From: an uncultured bacterium | Lineage (GTDB): Bacteria; Actinomycetota; Acidimicrobiia; Spongiisociales; UBA5794 | Reading direction: 5' to 3' | Assembly: GCA_963801165.1 (NCBI GenBank) | Contig: CAWDDT010000004.1 | Coordinates: forward strand, 416,001-480,000 | DNA length: 64,000 bases | Part shown: positions 29,971 to 40,618 of the stretch, piece by piece | How positions within the stretch are numbered: position 1 is the stretch's first letter | Layout of the letters: each line of letters opens with the position of its first letter | Position numbers and translations under genes: made by a program | The notes under the pieces: model-generated | Database searches by the model: none | What the model was told of the DNA's origin: nothing | What the model saw: the letters and a program-made list of their open reading frames with translations, nothing else

Positions 29971-31142
29971 TGCGAGCCGCAATCATCATCGCGCTCAAGG
30001 ACTTGTCGCAGAGATTGCGTGACAAGTCGGCGATCCTGATGGGCATCGTCGCACCGCTCGGTCTGGCTTTCATCTTCGCCGCCATCATCCCCGATGCCAC
30101 CGCCGGCTCCTTCGATATCCACGTGGGTGTGGTCGACAGCGACGGTGGCGAGATCAGCGCAAGCTTCATCAATGACGTGCTTCCCTCCGTCGAGGCGCAG
30201 GGGCTGCTCACCGTCACCAAATACGACGATGTCGACCAGGCGTTGACGGACGTCGAGAACGGCGACGAGGACGCCGTCTACATCTTCCCGGCGGGCTATT
30301 CCGCCTCGGTGCAGAGTGGGGCCGGTGGGACGGTGCGGATGGTGCGCAACGTAGATTCCACCATCGGGGGCCAGGTCGCCAAGGCGGTTCTCGACGGCTA
30401 TCTGTCCGAGGTGGAAGCCGTGACCGTGTCGGTGGGGACGGCGATGGTCGACGGGGCGCGGGATGCCCCGGCAGTCAGGGCGCTCGCGATGGAGACCCCG
30501 GCCGCGGTGGTGCTCGCCGACACCGAGGCGTCGAACCGGACGCTCGACTCGACGACCTTCTTTGCCGCAGGCATGGCGGTTTTCTTCCTGTTCTTCACCG
30601 TTCAGTTCGGGGTGTCGTCGTTGCTCGAGGAACGGCTCAACGGCACTCTTCCCCGGCTGCTCGGCGCCCCGATCAACCGGTGGAGCATCATCGGGGGCAA
30701 GGCCATCACCAGCTTCGTCCTGGGGCTGGTCTCGATGGTCGTGCTTGCGGTGGGGACAACACTGTTGATCGGTGCCAACTGGGGTAACCCGGTCGCGGTG
30801 GCCATCCTCATGGTCGCAGGCGTGTTGGCCGCGTTGGGGATCATGGCCATGGTCGCCGTGGTTGCGAAGACCCCGGAGCAGGCCGCGAATTGGCAGTCGA
30901 TCATCGCCGTCGTTCTCGGTCTGCTCGGTGGAACGTTCTTCCCGCTCAGCCAGGGCCCGCGGCTGCTGGCGGCGCTGTCGAAACTGACCCCCCACGCCTG
31001 GTTCATGCAGGGTCTCGGGGACATCTCGTCTGGAGCCGGGCTGTCGGCGGTGATCACCCCGACCGTCGCCATGCTGGCGTTCTTCGTCGTAACGCTGGGG
31101 CTGGCGATCTGGTTTGGTCGGGAGAGGGTGCTGGCGCCATGA
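29970..31142 (+). CDS. ABC-2 type permease
   Basis: EERLNGTLPRL, LGGTFFP, TPHAW. Confidence 0.9.
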   Translation: MRAAIIIALKDLSQRLRDKSAILMGIVAPLGLAFIFAAIIPDATAGSFDIHVGVVDSDGGEISASFINDVLPSVEAQGLLTVTKYDDVDQALTDVENGDEDAVYIFPAGYSASVQSGAGGTVRMVRNVDSTIGGQVAKAVLDGYLSEVEAVTVSVGTAMVDGARDAPAVRALAMETPAAVVLADTEASNRTLDSTTFFAAGMAVFFLFFTVQFGVSSLLEERLNGTLPRLLGAPINRWSIIGGKAITSFVLGLVSMVVLAVGTTLLIGANWGNPVAVAILMVAGVLAALGIMAMVAVVAKTPEQAANWQSIIAVVLGLLGGTFFPLSQGPRLLAALSKLTPHAWFMQGLGDISSGAGLSAVITPTVAMLAFFVVTLGLAIWFGRERVLAP

Positions 31143-32299
31143 AAGCTCTGGCCATTACCGCCGTGAACGTCAAGCGGATGCTCCGTGAGCCTTCGACGAT
31201 CTTCTTTGTGTTTGTCTTTCCGATGCTCCTCATCCTCGTCATTGGGGCCTCGTTCGGTGGCTCGTTCCGTCCCAAGGTCGGGCTGGTCAACGCCGGTGAT
31301 GGGCAGTACGCCGCCGCGTTCGCGGACCGGATCACAAGTGACGCGGACTTCAACACAATCAGCTACGACGATTCTGATCGGCTGCTGACAGATGTCGAAC
31401 GAGGAGTCGTGAATCTGGGTGTCGTTGTGCCTGCCGACTACGACCAGCAACTCGGGAGCGGAGCCGTGGCGAAAGTCCAGTTCCTGGGGAGGGCCGACCA
31501 GAGCGTCGTGGAGTATCGCGCCACCATCGAGGCGATTGCCGCAAGCGAGAGCGCCGTTTTCCGGGCGGCCCGCGTGGTGAGTGGTGAAGGTCTTGCCGGC
31601 TTCGACGATGCGGTAGCCACTGCCCGGATAGTTGCCGCAGGCGCCGGGGGTCTTGACGTTGCCACGGAGTCGAGCGGGGAGTCACTGTTTGGTGAGGGCT
31701 TGGGCCAGTTTGACCTCGGTGCACCATCGAACCTGATCCTTTTCGTGTTCCTCACCTCGCTGGCCGGTTCCGCAGCTCTAATCAACACCCGGCGTCTCGG
31801 AGTCTCCCGGCGCATGGTGTCGACACCCACCTCGATTGGTCAGATTCTCCTCGGCGAGACCGGCGGTCGGTTTGCGATCGCAATGATCCAGGGGCTCTTC
31901 ATCATGATCGGAGCCGCGGTTGCGTTCAACGTGCACTGGGGCAATCTGCTCGCGGCCGGGGTTCTGCTCGTCATGATTGCTCTGGTCGGCGCCGGCGGCG
32001 GCATGTTGATGGGATCGGTCTTCGACAACGACCAGCAGGCGGGCTCAGTCGGAGTGTTTGCGGGTCTTGGCCTTGCTGCACTCGGCGGCTGCATGGTCCC
32101 GCTCGAGATCTTCCCCGACACGATGGTGAAGATCGCTCATCTCACCCCTCATGCATGGGCGCTGGACGGGTTTACCGAGTTGATCCGACAGGGCGGCAAC
32201 CTCGGCTCCGTAGTTCCTCAGATCGGTGCACTGATCGCTTTCGCCGCCGTGTTGCTGGCGTTGGGCACCTGGCGCCTCCGTGCCAAGTTGACCCACTGA
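31139..32299 (+). CDS. ABC-2 type permease
   Basis: LGGCMVPLE, TPHAW; ATGA-coupled to the previous permease. Confidence 0.9.
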   Translation: MKALAITAVNVKRMLREPSTIFFVFVFPMLLILVIGASFGGSFRPKVGLVNAGDGQYAAAFADRITSDADFNTISYDDSDRLLTDVERGVVNLGVVVPADYDQQLGSGAVAKVQFLGRADQSVVEYRATIEAIAASESAVFRAARVVSGEGLAGFDDAVATARIVAAGAGGLDVATESSGESLFGEGLGQFDLGAPSNLILFVFLTSLAGSAALINTRRLGVSRRMVSTPTSIGQILLGETGGRFAIAMIQGLFIMIGAAVAFNVHWGNLLAAGVLLVMIALVGAGGGMLMGSVFDNDQQAGSVGVFAGLGLAALGGCMVPLEIFPDTMVKIAHLTPHAWALDGFTELIRQGGNLGSVVPQIGALIAFAAVLLALGTWRLRAKLTH

Positions 32300-32312
32300 C
32301 GGGCCAGGCAGG

Positions 32313-33083
32313 TCACTCCTCGAGGTCGAAGAACGGTGTCCGGCCGACCTCCTCGCGCCCCGCGTCGAGAGCGCCGTCCTCCAGAGAGGGCGGCTCGGGT
32401 GCTTTGCGCGTGGTCGCCGCATTCCTGTCCCGACGCACCGCCGCCAGCCAGACCGCCAGCGCTAGACCGCCCGACAGGAGGAGCAACGCCAGCAGCCAGA
32501 GCGGGAAACCCGACTTGGGGTAGGTCGTGTTGGCGAACATGTACAGCTTGCCGTCGAGCGGGATGTTCCAGGAGAACCGCCCGTCGGAGGTGATCTCGTC
32601 GGCGTTGTTGTCGGCGGCCTCGCCGGGCAGCGACACGAGGATGCGCGCTTCGAAGGTCTCCGGATCGATCGAACTGGGGTTGACGGGGAACTGCGACAGA
32701 TCCAGGTCGCCTACCAGGTCGAGCGTCGCCTCGAGCGACGTCCCATTGTCATTCATGTCGAGGCTGAAGGACGTGAAGTGACCGGCCGCCGCGTCTGAGA
32801 TCTTGGTCTCGTCGGCGAACGTTACCTGGGTGGTGTAGATCGTCATATCGCCTTCGACCCGCGTGCTGCCCTCGCCGACCAGACCGAGGTCGAGGGCGGA
32901 GATGATGGCCTCGCTGTCGCCGGTGAGCTGATCGATCAGGTCCTTTAGCTGGTTGTTGATGCCCACCTCGGCGGCCAGTGTGCCCGACCCGTTCTCGTTG
33001 ACATCGAGAAGCAAGCGAACTTCAGCGCGGCAGCCCGCCATGAGGAGGGCGACAACAACAGTGAGCGCAGCAAGCCGTTTCAT
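32313..33083 (-). CDS. Lipoprotein with C-terminal TM (LppM-like)
   Basis: Lipobox MAGC, VNENGSGT, SLPG..NNAD, C-terminal hydrophobic helix. Confidence 0.65.
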   Translation of the reverse strand: MKRLAALTVVVALLMAGCRAEVRLLLDVNENGSGTLAAEVGINNQLKDLIDQLTGDSEAIISALDLGLVGEGSTRVEGDMTIYTTQVTFADETKISDAAAGHFTSFSLDMNDNGTSLEATLDLVGDLDLSQFPVNPSSIDPETFEARILVSLPGEAADNNADEITSDGRFSWNIPLDGKLYMFANTTYPKSGFPLWLLALLLLSGGLALAVWLAAVRRDRNAATTRKAPEPPSLEDGALDAGREEVGRTPFFDLEE

Positions 33084-33219
33084 CGAACCTTCGAGACTCT
33101 AGTGTCGCCACCGCACCCCGGTTCTCCCCGTTCGTGCGGATTTTCGACGCCTCAGGGCAGCGGATGTCCGCAAGAACGGCGATGCGTGCCAAACCGGCGG
33201 ACGCTCTTATGCTGGCGGG

Positions 33220-33993
33220 ATGGAAGACACGGAGACCGAGCGCTTTGTTGCGGCGATGCTTGCGGCGTTCCCGGGATTTCTGGAAAGCAAGATCGCAGAC
33301 CTCGGAGTCGTTGCCGACGACACTGTGACTGCGGCCGTTCGGATGGCTGCGGATCAGTTGCACGCCGAGCTGGAGAGTCTGCTGAGCCGGCCCGCAGTCG
33401 AGCAGGCGGACTCGCCGCTGGAGCTCGTGCGGCGCGCCACACAGCCCGTCTCCGCCGCGTTGGCAGCGTTGGGCGTTGCCGCTGCAACACGTGACGATTG
33501 GGAGGTCGACGCCCATCCGGAGGATCGCTACGGTCTCTACCCCGCATCGTCTCAAGAGCTGGGGGAAGAGGTGTGGCGCCACCATCTCCAGTGGGGTGTG
33601 CGCAAGGCCGGGTCGGTTGCCGGGGTGGTTCCGGCCCGGGAACCGCTGGCGGCGCTGCCTTCGATCGCGCTGTTCGGAATACCGGTGGAGCAGCGTGACC
33701 GTCTCCAAGCCGAGATCGAACGCCGCGAATTCCGGGTTCTGCTGTGGCGCAACCCGGCGGCTCTGGAGGCTGCGGCCGCAGAGCGGCCGGTGCTGGCGCT
33801 GGTCCATCTGGGACACCCAGCGGCGCACGAGGCAATCCGGGCGTTGGTGTCCGGCAACATCGGCGTGGTTGCAGTCGGGGAGCGGGTTGACGACCTGATG
33901 ACCCCGGGGATCCTGGCCCTTGGTGCCAGGGAGGTGGTCGCGTCAGGCCGTCTGATCGCCGGTCTCGACCGGTTGCTTCCCCGGCTTGCCTGA
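33220..33993 (+). CDS. Hypothetical protein
   Basis: Protein-like ORF filling the gap between flanking genes; receiver-like C-terminus. Confidence 0.6.
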   Translation: MEDTETERFVAAMLAAFPGFLESKIADLGVVADDTVTAAVRMAADQLHAELESLLSRPAVEQADSPLELVRRATQPVSAALAALGVAAATRDDWEVDAHPEDRYGLYPASSQELGEEVWRHHLQWGVRKAGSVAGVVPAREPLAALPSIALFGIPVEQRDRLQAEIERREFRVLLWRNPAALEAAAAERPVLALVHLGHPAAHEAIRALVSGNIGVVAVGERVDDLMTPGILALGAREVVASGRLIAGLDRLLPRLA

Positions 33994-34869
33994 TCCCGGT
34001 CGCCGCAGACTGAAGACCACGAGCCCGGCGAGCACGAGGCCCGCTCCGATCCATTGGCTGACCCCGAACAGCTCTGTGTAGATCAACCGTGCCCAGACAA
34101 TCGCCAGGAGAGGCTGACCCAGCAGAAGAACCGAAGTGTCGAGAGCCGGCAGGTTGGGGAGCGATCTCGAGATGAGCAGCCACCCGATGACCTGGGCGAT
34201 GATCGCGATCAGGATGATCCATCGGTGCGTGGCCCAGTCCACCGTGAGTTTGAAGTCCGGCGAGAATACGAGCCCGATGAACAGCGAGGCCGCGGCAGCC
34301 CCGACGGTCGAGTCGAACAAGGGGCCGGTGGGCGGCGCCTGGTGGCCTCGGTTTGCCTCGCGGAGGGTCAGGACGAATCCGGCATAGAAGAACGCCGATG
34401 CCAGGGACTCGATGGTGCCCAGTCGCGGGTTCGTCCCGTATGCGTCTGAGCTGCCGGCTCCGGAGATGAGGAAGATGCCGAGCAGGATCGCCGGAACGAG
34501 CCAGATCGCCCGCCGGCCGGGCCGCTCCCGATACAGCGCCCAGGCGATCAGCGCCACGATCACGACCTGGAGGTTGGCGACGACGGTGGCGAGCCCGGCA
34601 CCGATCAGACCTATCCCGGCGTGCCAGAACGTGAGGTCGAGCGCAAGGAAGACACCAGAGGCGACGGCGATCCACCGGCTCTTGCGAGGCCGCCGGTCCT
34701 TACTGCGTGTCCCCCAGTAGAGCACGGCGAGGACAGGCAGTGCATAGAGAAAGCGGAAGAACGCGATTGTCACGTCACCGGCGTCTTCGGCGGCGCGCAC
34801 CAGTACCGGTACGAACGAGATACAGAAAACGCCGGCGACCGCCATCAGCCGGTAGGAGAAATCGGACAT
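33943..34869 (-). CDS. DMT/EamA family transporter
   Basis: About 10 TM helices, IAFFRF, LLGQP. Confidence 0.88.
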   Translation of the reverse strand: MSDFSYRLMAVAGVFCISFVPVLVRAAEDAGDVTIAFFRFLYALPVLAVLYWGTRSKDRRPRKSRWIAVASGVFLALDLTFWHAGIGLIGAGLATVVANLQVVIVALIAWALYRERPGRRAIWLVPAILLGIFLISGAGSSDAYGTNPRLGTIESLASAFFYAGFVLTLREANRGHQAPPTGPLFDSTVGAAAASLFIGLVFSPDFKLTVDWATHRWIILIAIIAQVIGWLLISRSLPNLPALDTSVLLLGQPLLAIVWARLIYTELFGVSQWIGAGLVLAGLVVFSLRRPGSGKPGKQPVETGDQTA

Positions 34870-34947
34870 CGGGCGAGGTTAGCGGTCGCCTGGCTCGGGA
34901 CCGCCGCGAGTGTTCTACGCTGCCAAGAAGTCGAGAGAACGGATGCC

Positions 34948-35217
34948 ATGTCGGACATCGAGTCGGCCTTCACCACCGCCGTCGCACAGGTCAAGCAGTT
35001 GCGGGAGCGACCCGGCAATGACGACCTGCTCCGGCTCTATGCGCTCTACAAGCAGGCCACGTCCGGGGACGTGTCGGGTGATCGCCCCGGGATGATCGAC
35101 TTCGTCAACCGAGCCAAATACGACGCCTGGGCGGCGCTGCGAGGAACACCCCGAGACGATGCGATACGTTCCTACATCGACGTTGTGGATGGTCTGAAGG
35201 CTACCCAAGCCGACTGA
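34948..35217 (+). CDS. Acyl-CoA-binding protein
   Basis: LLRLYALYKQATSGD...RPG..DFVNRAKYDAW. Confidence 0.93.
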   Translation: MSDIESAFTTAVAQVKQLRERPGNDDLLRLYALYKQATSGDVSGDRPGMIDFVNRAKYDAWAALRGTPRDDAIRSYIDVVDGLKATQAD

Positions 35218-35275
35218 ATCGCGGCTAGCACGAACGTACGACGATCGGCCGACACGCCAGAAAGCGAGCCGTTCC

Positions 35276-35686
35276 ATGACCGAAGATCGAGTCGAATTCA
35301 GGACACCGAAGACCATGCCCCCGACCGCCGGCTACCACCACATCGCGGTTGTTCCTCCCGGGGCCACGACGCTTTATCTCTCGGGTCAGGTCCCGTTCGA
35401 CACCGAGGGGAACCTGGTGGGACAGCACGATTTTGCGGGTCAGGCGGAACAGGTCTTTCGCAACATCGAGGCAGCGCTCCGGGCCGTGGGGGCCGACTTC
35501 GGAGACGTGGTGAAGCTCGGCATGTTTGTGTCGGACATGTCGAACATCGGGGCGTTGCGGGAAGTACGTGATCGTTTCATCGACATGTCCAACCCGCCAA
35601 CCAGCACGCTCGTGGAGGTCTCCGGCTTCATCCGGCCGGAGATAATGCTGGAGGTCGATGCAATAGCGGTTCTGGGGCCGACCTAG
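35276..35686 (+). CDS. RidA/YjgF family protein
   Basis: LSGQV, QAEQVFRNI, PTSTLVEV, EVDAIA. Confidence 0.9.
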   Translation: MTEDRVEFRTPKTMPPTAGYHHIAVVPPGATTLYLSGQVPFDTEGNLVGQHDFAGQAEQVFRNIEAALRAVGADFGDVVKLGMFVSDMSNIGALREVRDRFIDMSNPPTSTLVEVSGFIRPEIMLEVDAIAVLGPT

Positions 35687-35732
35687 CGATAGGAGATCAC
35701 CGTCGGCCCCCGCCAATTGTGTCGATTCAGCC

Positions 35733-36680
35733 TCATGGACGCAGGTCGAGTTCGGCCAGTGGCTCCGCTACCTCCCGGGCCACAGCTTGCAGCCCCCCGG
35801 GAGCCTGGCGAGCCGGGACGCCCAGGATCACCTGGTTTGCCCCGGCGCGGATGAACGCTCGCGACGTCTCGAGGGCGGCGCGGCGCGAAGCCCGGCTCGA
35901 CCCGCAGGAGACCTGGGCTGCGAACATGAATGCCGAAGGGTCACGGCCCTCGGCCTCGAGAGCCCGGGAGATCTCGGTGCGTTTCCCGGCGAAGTAGGCG
36001 ACATCGCCCGGGCGGTTGCCGGGCATGGGCCATCCCTCGGCGTAGCGCGCCGCCAGGGCGATACCCCGCCGTTTCTGCCCACCGAGCCAGATCGCAGGCC
36101 CCCCGGGCCGTACCGGTGGCGGCTCGTTGGTGGCGTTCTCGAGCGGGAAGAAGGGATCGTCGAGGCTGACGCCGGGCGGGCGGTGCGCCTCATCCGAGAA
36201 CAGTGAAGTGAGCACACGCAATGCGCTCTCATAGCGATCGAAACGCTCCGGCAACGGCGGCAGTGGAATCCCGAACGCATCGTGCTCGCCCTGGTGCCAG
36301 CCGGCGCCGAGACCAAGCACGAACCGGCCGCCCGTTGCGTTGTCGATGACGGTCGCAGCCTTGGCGAGCACGGCCGGGTGGCGGAAGGTGTTGGACGCGA
36401 CCGCAATCCCCAACCATTTGCCCGGCACCTTTCCGGCCAGGGCGGCGGCAGTAGTCAGGGATTCGAACGCGGGGCCGTTTCTCTTGCGGTTTGCGTCAGA
36501 GAGGTGATCGCTCATCCAGCCCGCCGAGAACACCGGCGTAGATCCGGCCAGGGCCCAGGTGTCCTCGAGACGGCGCCAGTCGAGGTCGGTCGTTTCAGTG
36601 GCGGAGATACGAAAACCGATCAACCCGGGCCGGGCCCGGCCGGGAGTCTCGGCTTCAGGGGAGCCGGAGCGGCGAGTCAT
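35733..36680 (-). CDS. LLM-class flavin-dependent oxidoreductase
   Basis: WMSDHL, FRHPAVLAK, GGRFVLGLGAGW. Confidence 0.9.
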   Translation of the reverse strand: MTRRSGSPEAETPGRARPGLIGFRISATETTDLDWRRLEDTWALAGSTPVFSAGWMSDHLSDANRKRNGPAFESLTTAAALAGKVPGKWLGIAVASNTFRHPAVLAKAATVIDNATGGRFVLGLGAGWHQGEHDAFGIPLPPLPERFDRYESALRVLTSLFSDEAHRPPGVSLDDPFFPLENATNEPPPVRPGGPAIWLGGQKRRGIALAARYAEGWPMPGNRPGDVAYFAGKRTEISRALEAEGRDPSAFMFAAQVSCGSSRASRRAALETSRAFIRAGANQVILGVPARQAPGGLQAVAREVAEPLAELDLRP

Positions 36681-36809
36681 GCAATCTCCAGTTGTGACGG
36701 CATCAAGCGAGGCTAGGCCGTTTGTCCGCTCATGAGGGCGAGCCACCTCCTGGCCGTGTTCAACCCGCGCCGCGGCGAGCACATGTCATCGTAGAGGTCG
36801 CCGGTTCGC

Positions 36810-39119
36810 TCACCCGATGAGCCGGGCCCGCACGGTGGCGGAGATGTTGAGCCGTTGCAGCCGCCGTACTGTGAAGAAGGTGGGGATCAGCGCCAGTAGG
36901 AGCGCCCCGGCGACGACGGTGAAGTCGGACGGCTTTGCATCGAGACCGATGTGGAACCAGGCCTCTCCCATCCGGGCGACCAGCGGTGCGGCAAGCAATA
37001 GACCGGCCGGCACCGATAGGAGTGCGGCGACTGCCGTCTGGAGAACCGTCTCGACGGTGACGATCGTCGCCAGGGGCCGCCTGCCGTACCCCATTGCCCG
37101 CAGGGTGGCGAACTCGTCGCGTCGGTCGAGGAAAGCGAGCGACAGGCTGGAGACGAGGAACAGGAGGCCGACCGCCAGGCTGATGGCGAGCATCGTGTCG
37201 ATGAGCCCGGTCAGCTCGGTGACCAGCTCGTGGACCGCCTGTTGCACCTGAGCCTTCGAAGCCACCCGGGCCACTTCCGGCTCGCTACGGAGTGAATCGG
37301 CCTGTGCGGCGTCGGCCACCACAAGCACCGTGGAGATGTCACCACTGCCGAGCAGCCGGGTCGCCACGTCGTTGGTGGCGTAGGCGCTATTGGAGGCGAG
37401 AGTACGGATCTCACCGCCGACCGTGAGCTGCGTCGTTCCGGTGGCGGACAGCACCGTTATCGAATCCCCGACACTAACCCCCAGCGTCTGCGCCGTTTGC
37501 TCGCCGAGGTCGATCATCCCCGGTTGTGGGGGAGAGCCGGCAACGACGTCGAGATTCATCAGCTCCCCGGCGCCCGGTACGCCCACGACCTGGAGGTCCA
37601 CGCTCTTGCCGGCAACGGACGTGATGCGAGCCGGTCCCTCGAGCAGCGGTTCCGCACCGTCGATCCCGGCCGCGGCGACGAGCCGGTTCGCCTCCGGCTC
37701 GGGCAGGGGTGTGGCGAGCGTCACGCTGTAGGTCCAGGAATCGCCGCTGAAGGCAGCGTCGGTGGCCTGCGCCGCCGAGCTCGCCACGATGTTGAGAGCC
37801 GCGCCGAGACCGATGGCGGCGCTCACGCTGACCACGGTTGCAAGAGTCAACACGGGACGCCGTGCGAGCGAGCGGGTGGCGTACGCCCATGGTGTGCTCC
37901 ATGCTTTGGTGCTTCGCTCCAGCCAGTGGGGGAGGTGGACGCCCACGGCGGCTTGGCCCCGCATCGCGGCGGCCGGGGTGAGCCGGGCCACCCGGTAAGC
38001 CGGAACGATCGCCGCAATCAGGGTGGCGCCCAGGGCGACTGCGACGCACAGCAGCAGCGAAGCAGGCTCCAGCTGGTGTACGGTCGCTGGGAAGCCGACC
38101 GCGGTGGCGTACTGGGCGCCCACCAGCCGGCTGATGCCCGCGGTGACGCCGATCCCGACGACCGCCCCGGCGATACCGAGAAGGGCGGCAACGAGGACGA
38201 CGCTGACGGCCACTGCGGTGCGGGAGTATCCGATGGCGAGCAGGGCACCGAGCTCACGCCGCTGGTGTTGTACCAGCCGCAGGAGACTCAGCATCACGAG
38301 GATCAGCCCGGAGACGGCAAACACACCGCCGAGCACAGGAGCCAGCAACGAGAAGATCCTCACGTCGGCCTCGGTGAACCTGAGTGAGTACTGCTGGGCG
38401 CGGGGAACGATGCTCGCCACCGGCAACGTGGCTGCGAGGTTGGTGGAGGGTGCGGTGGCGTCGGTGGCAGAGTCGAGGATCAAGTCGTTGGCCCGGTCGG
38501 CGAGTCCGGTGACCTCCTGGAGCCGGGCGCGGGTGGTGAAGACGACGGCGAGCGACCCGCGCTGTGGGATCAGATAGGCAGGGTTGGCCGTCGCCAACAG
38601 GTATTCCGGGCTCCGAACCAGACCGGCCACCCGCCAGTGGCCGGTCTGCCCGGAGACGTTGAGGGTGACATCGTCGCCGACCTTCAGACCCGTGTAGTGA
38701 GCAAAATCGGCCTCGATGAGGACCTCATCGGGTCCCAACGCGGCGAGGTCGGACCCTACGAGAACGTCGAGCCGGTCCAACTCGGCGTCGGGCTGCATGC
38801 CGACGATCTCGGCCGGGGTGGTCTCTCCGTCGCCCGGAAAGGCGGTACCGCTCACGATGAGACGGGCTTCACTGCGCGTCGCTTCCATGCCGATCGCAGC
38901 GCCCGTCAGCTCGGTCAGCGGCACCGGGTCGGTGAGCCGGACGTCGAGGTCGGCGAGCGCGTAGTCGGTGAAGAAGTTGTCCCGCGTCGTCTCGACGTCG
39001 TGCAACGCCTGGGCGATGCCCGCCGTGGTGCCGGCTCCGGTGGCTATGACAGCGATGATGAGGAGGGCTCCGATCCCCAGAGCGCGGAGATCACGAAACG
39101 CCTTGAGGATCAGCATCAT
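36810..39119 (-). CDS. FtsX-like ABC permease (two repeats)
   Basis: RRELGALLAIGYS and RRDEFATLRAMGY. Confidence 0.88.
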   Translation of the reverse strand: MMLILKAFRDLRALGIGALLIIAVIATGAGTTAGIAQALHDVETTRDNFFTDYALADLDVRLTDPVPLTELTGAAIGMEATRSEARLIVSGTAFPGDGETTPAEIVGMQPDAELDRLDVLVGSDLAALGPDEVLIEADFAHYTGLKVGDDVTLNVSGQTGHWRVAGLVRSPEYLLATANPAYLIPQRGSLAVVFTTRARLQEVTGLADRANDLILDSATDATAPSTNLAATLPVASIVPRAQQYSLRFTEADVRIFSLLAPVLGGVFAVSGLILVMLSLLRLVQHQRRELGALLAIGYSRTAVAVSVVLVAALLGIAGAVVGIGVTAGISRLVGAQYATAVGFPATVHQLEPASLLLCVAVALGATLIAAIVPAYRVARLTPAAAMRGQAAVGVHLPHWLERSTKAWSTPWAYATRSLARRPVLTLATVVSVSAAIGLGAALNIVASSAAQATDAAFSGDSWTYSVTLATPLPEPEANRLVAAAGIDGAEPLLEGPARITSVAGKSVDLQVVGVPGAGELMNLDVVAGSPPQPGMIDLGEQTAQTLGVSVGDSITVLSATGTTQLTVGGEIRTLASNSAYATNDVATRLLGSGDISTVLVVADAAQADSLRSEPEVARVASKAQVQQAVHELVTELTGLIDTMLAISLAVGLLFLVSSLSLAFLDRRDEFATLRAMGYGRRPLATIVTVETVLQTAVAALLSVPAGLLLAAPLVARMGEAWFHIGLDAKPSDFTVVAGALLLALIPTFFTVRRLQRLNISATVRARLIG

Positions 39120-39847
39120 CCTTCCCCGGCTACGAGGTGCCCGTCGGCGAGGCGCACGACCCGACCTGCGGTGGCAGCCACCGTGGGGTCGTGGCTCACC
39201 ACCAGGAACGTTGCCCCCGTTTCTTCGTTCAGGCGGTGCATCAACTCCACGATCTCGCCGCTGGATGCGGTGTCGAGGTTGCCCGTTGGTTCGTCGGCGA
39301 GCACCAGCCGTGGTCCCTTCGCCAGGGCGCGGACGATTGCCACGCGCTGTTGCTCCCCACCCGAGAGCTCGCCCGGGAGGCGGTCCTGCAGCGCCGCAAG
39401 ACCCACGCGGTCCAGGAAGGCTGCCGCCTCCTGCTTCGCCCGGCGGCGGGGGATGCCGGCAACCGTCATCCCTGCGACCACGTTCTCCATTGCGGTGAGC
39501 GTCGGCAGCAGGTTGTAGAACTGGAAGACGAAGCCGACCGATCGGGCCCGGAAGTCGGCCAGCTCGCCGGGGGTGGCCCCGTCGAGTTCCGTTCCGCATA
39601 CGGTCACGGTGCCCGTGTCCGACGCGTCGAGAGCACCGATCACATTGAGCAGGGTGGTCTTGCCCGATCCGGAAGGGCCGAGCAGGACCACGAACTCACC
39701 CGCTTCGATTTCGAGCGATACGTCCTGCAAGACCGTCTGGCCGGTCCCGTCGCCGCGGTAGGTCTTGGACACACGGTCGAGCACCACCAGCGGCGCTGTG
39801 GCGGTGGCACTGCCGACCGGGTCATGGTGCTGGTCTGTTTTCATCAT
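39116..39847 (-). CDS. ABC ATP-binding protein (LolD/MacB-like)
   Basis: GPSGSGKTT, VGFVFQFYNL, LSGGEQQRV, ADEPTGNLD. Confidence 0.93.
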   Translation of the reverse strand: MMKTDQHHDPVGSATATAPLVVLDRVSKTYRGDGTGQTVLQDVSLEIEAGEFVVLLGPSGSGKTTLLNVIGALDASDTGTVTVCGTELDGATPGELADFRARSVGFVFQFYNLLPTLTAMENVVAGMTVAGIPRRRAKQEAAAFLDRVGLAALQDRLPGELSGGEQQRVAIVRALAKGPRLVLADEPTGNLDTASSGEIVELMHRLNEETGATFLVVSHDPTVAATAGRVVRLADGHLVAGEG

Positions 39848-40455
39848 CGCTGCTCCTCATCTCGTCCCACCCCGTCGAGTACCAAAGCGACGACGTAGCC
39901 GGGGATCTCGTCCAACGTCGGCCAGCCGCCGCCGGCCCGCCAATGCTGGGCGAGCATCAGCAGTGTGAGCCCAACGAGCGTGAGCGTCAGCTGCTCGACG
40001 GCGACGTCATCGTCGATCTCACCCCGCTGCACGCCTTCGACGAGGATGATCACGACCTTGTCCATGAACGGTGCCGCCGCCTGGACGATGCGGACGTATA
40101 CGTCGATGTCGGCGGCCAGCGCCTCGCGCACCAGGACCCGGGCGAAGGCTTCGTTGTTGCGGGCCCAGTCGACGTCGGCGGCCACAGCTGCCAGCAGCCG
40201 CTCCCGCGTCGAGGCGGTGGCAGACACCGAGTCGGCGCCGGTCGCCGCTCGCTGGCAGGCTTCCTCCACAACCGCAAAGAAGAGGGCGTCTTTGGAGGTG
40301 AAGTAGTTGTAGACCGTTCCCTGGGCGAAACCGGCGGCGCGGGAGATGCGATTGACGTTCGCGCCGTCCCTTCCCTCCCGAGCGAACTCGTCTGCCGCGG
40401 CCTCGAGCAGGCTGGCCCTGGTTGCTTGCTTTGTCTCCCCGGTGATCCGAGCCAC
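39844..40455 (-). CDS. TetR family regulator
   Basis: ISRAAGFAQGTVYNYFTSKDAL. Confidence 0.9.
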   Translation of the reverse strand: MARITGETKQATRASLLEAAADEFAREGRDGANVNRISRAAGFAQGTVYNYFTSKDALFFAVVEEACQRAATGADSVSATASTRERLLAAVAADVDWARNNEAFARVLVREALAADIDVYVRIVQAAAPFMDKVVIILVEGVQRGEIDDDVAVEQLTLTLVGLTLLMLAQHWRAGGGWPTLDEIPGYVVALVLDGVGRDEEQR

Positions 40456-40465
40456 AGGTTCGCTC

Positions 40466-40495
40466 CTAATATGACTGACTGCCCACCCATATTAG
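40466..40495. promoter_or_regulatory. Inverted repeat, candidate TetR operator
   Basis: CTAATATG-N14-CATATTAG between the divergent tetR and MFS genes. Confidence 0.5.
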
Positions 40496-40618
40496 CGGAC
40501 GGATCCGTGGCAGGCAACTGGTTCCTCAGTGCAGCAACGTGGAGACATGTCTATGGTCGCTCGCAAAGGGGTGGTGTCCGGGAGGGAGCCCGACACCGTG
40601 ACTAGGCGGAGGCGACGT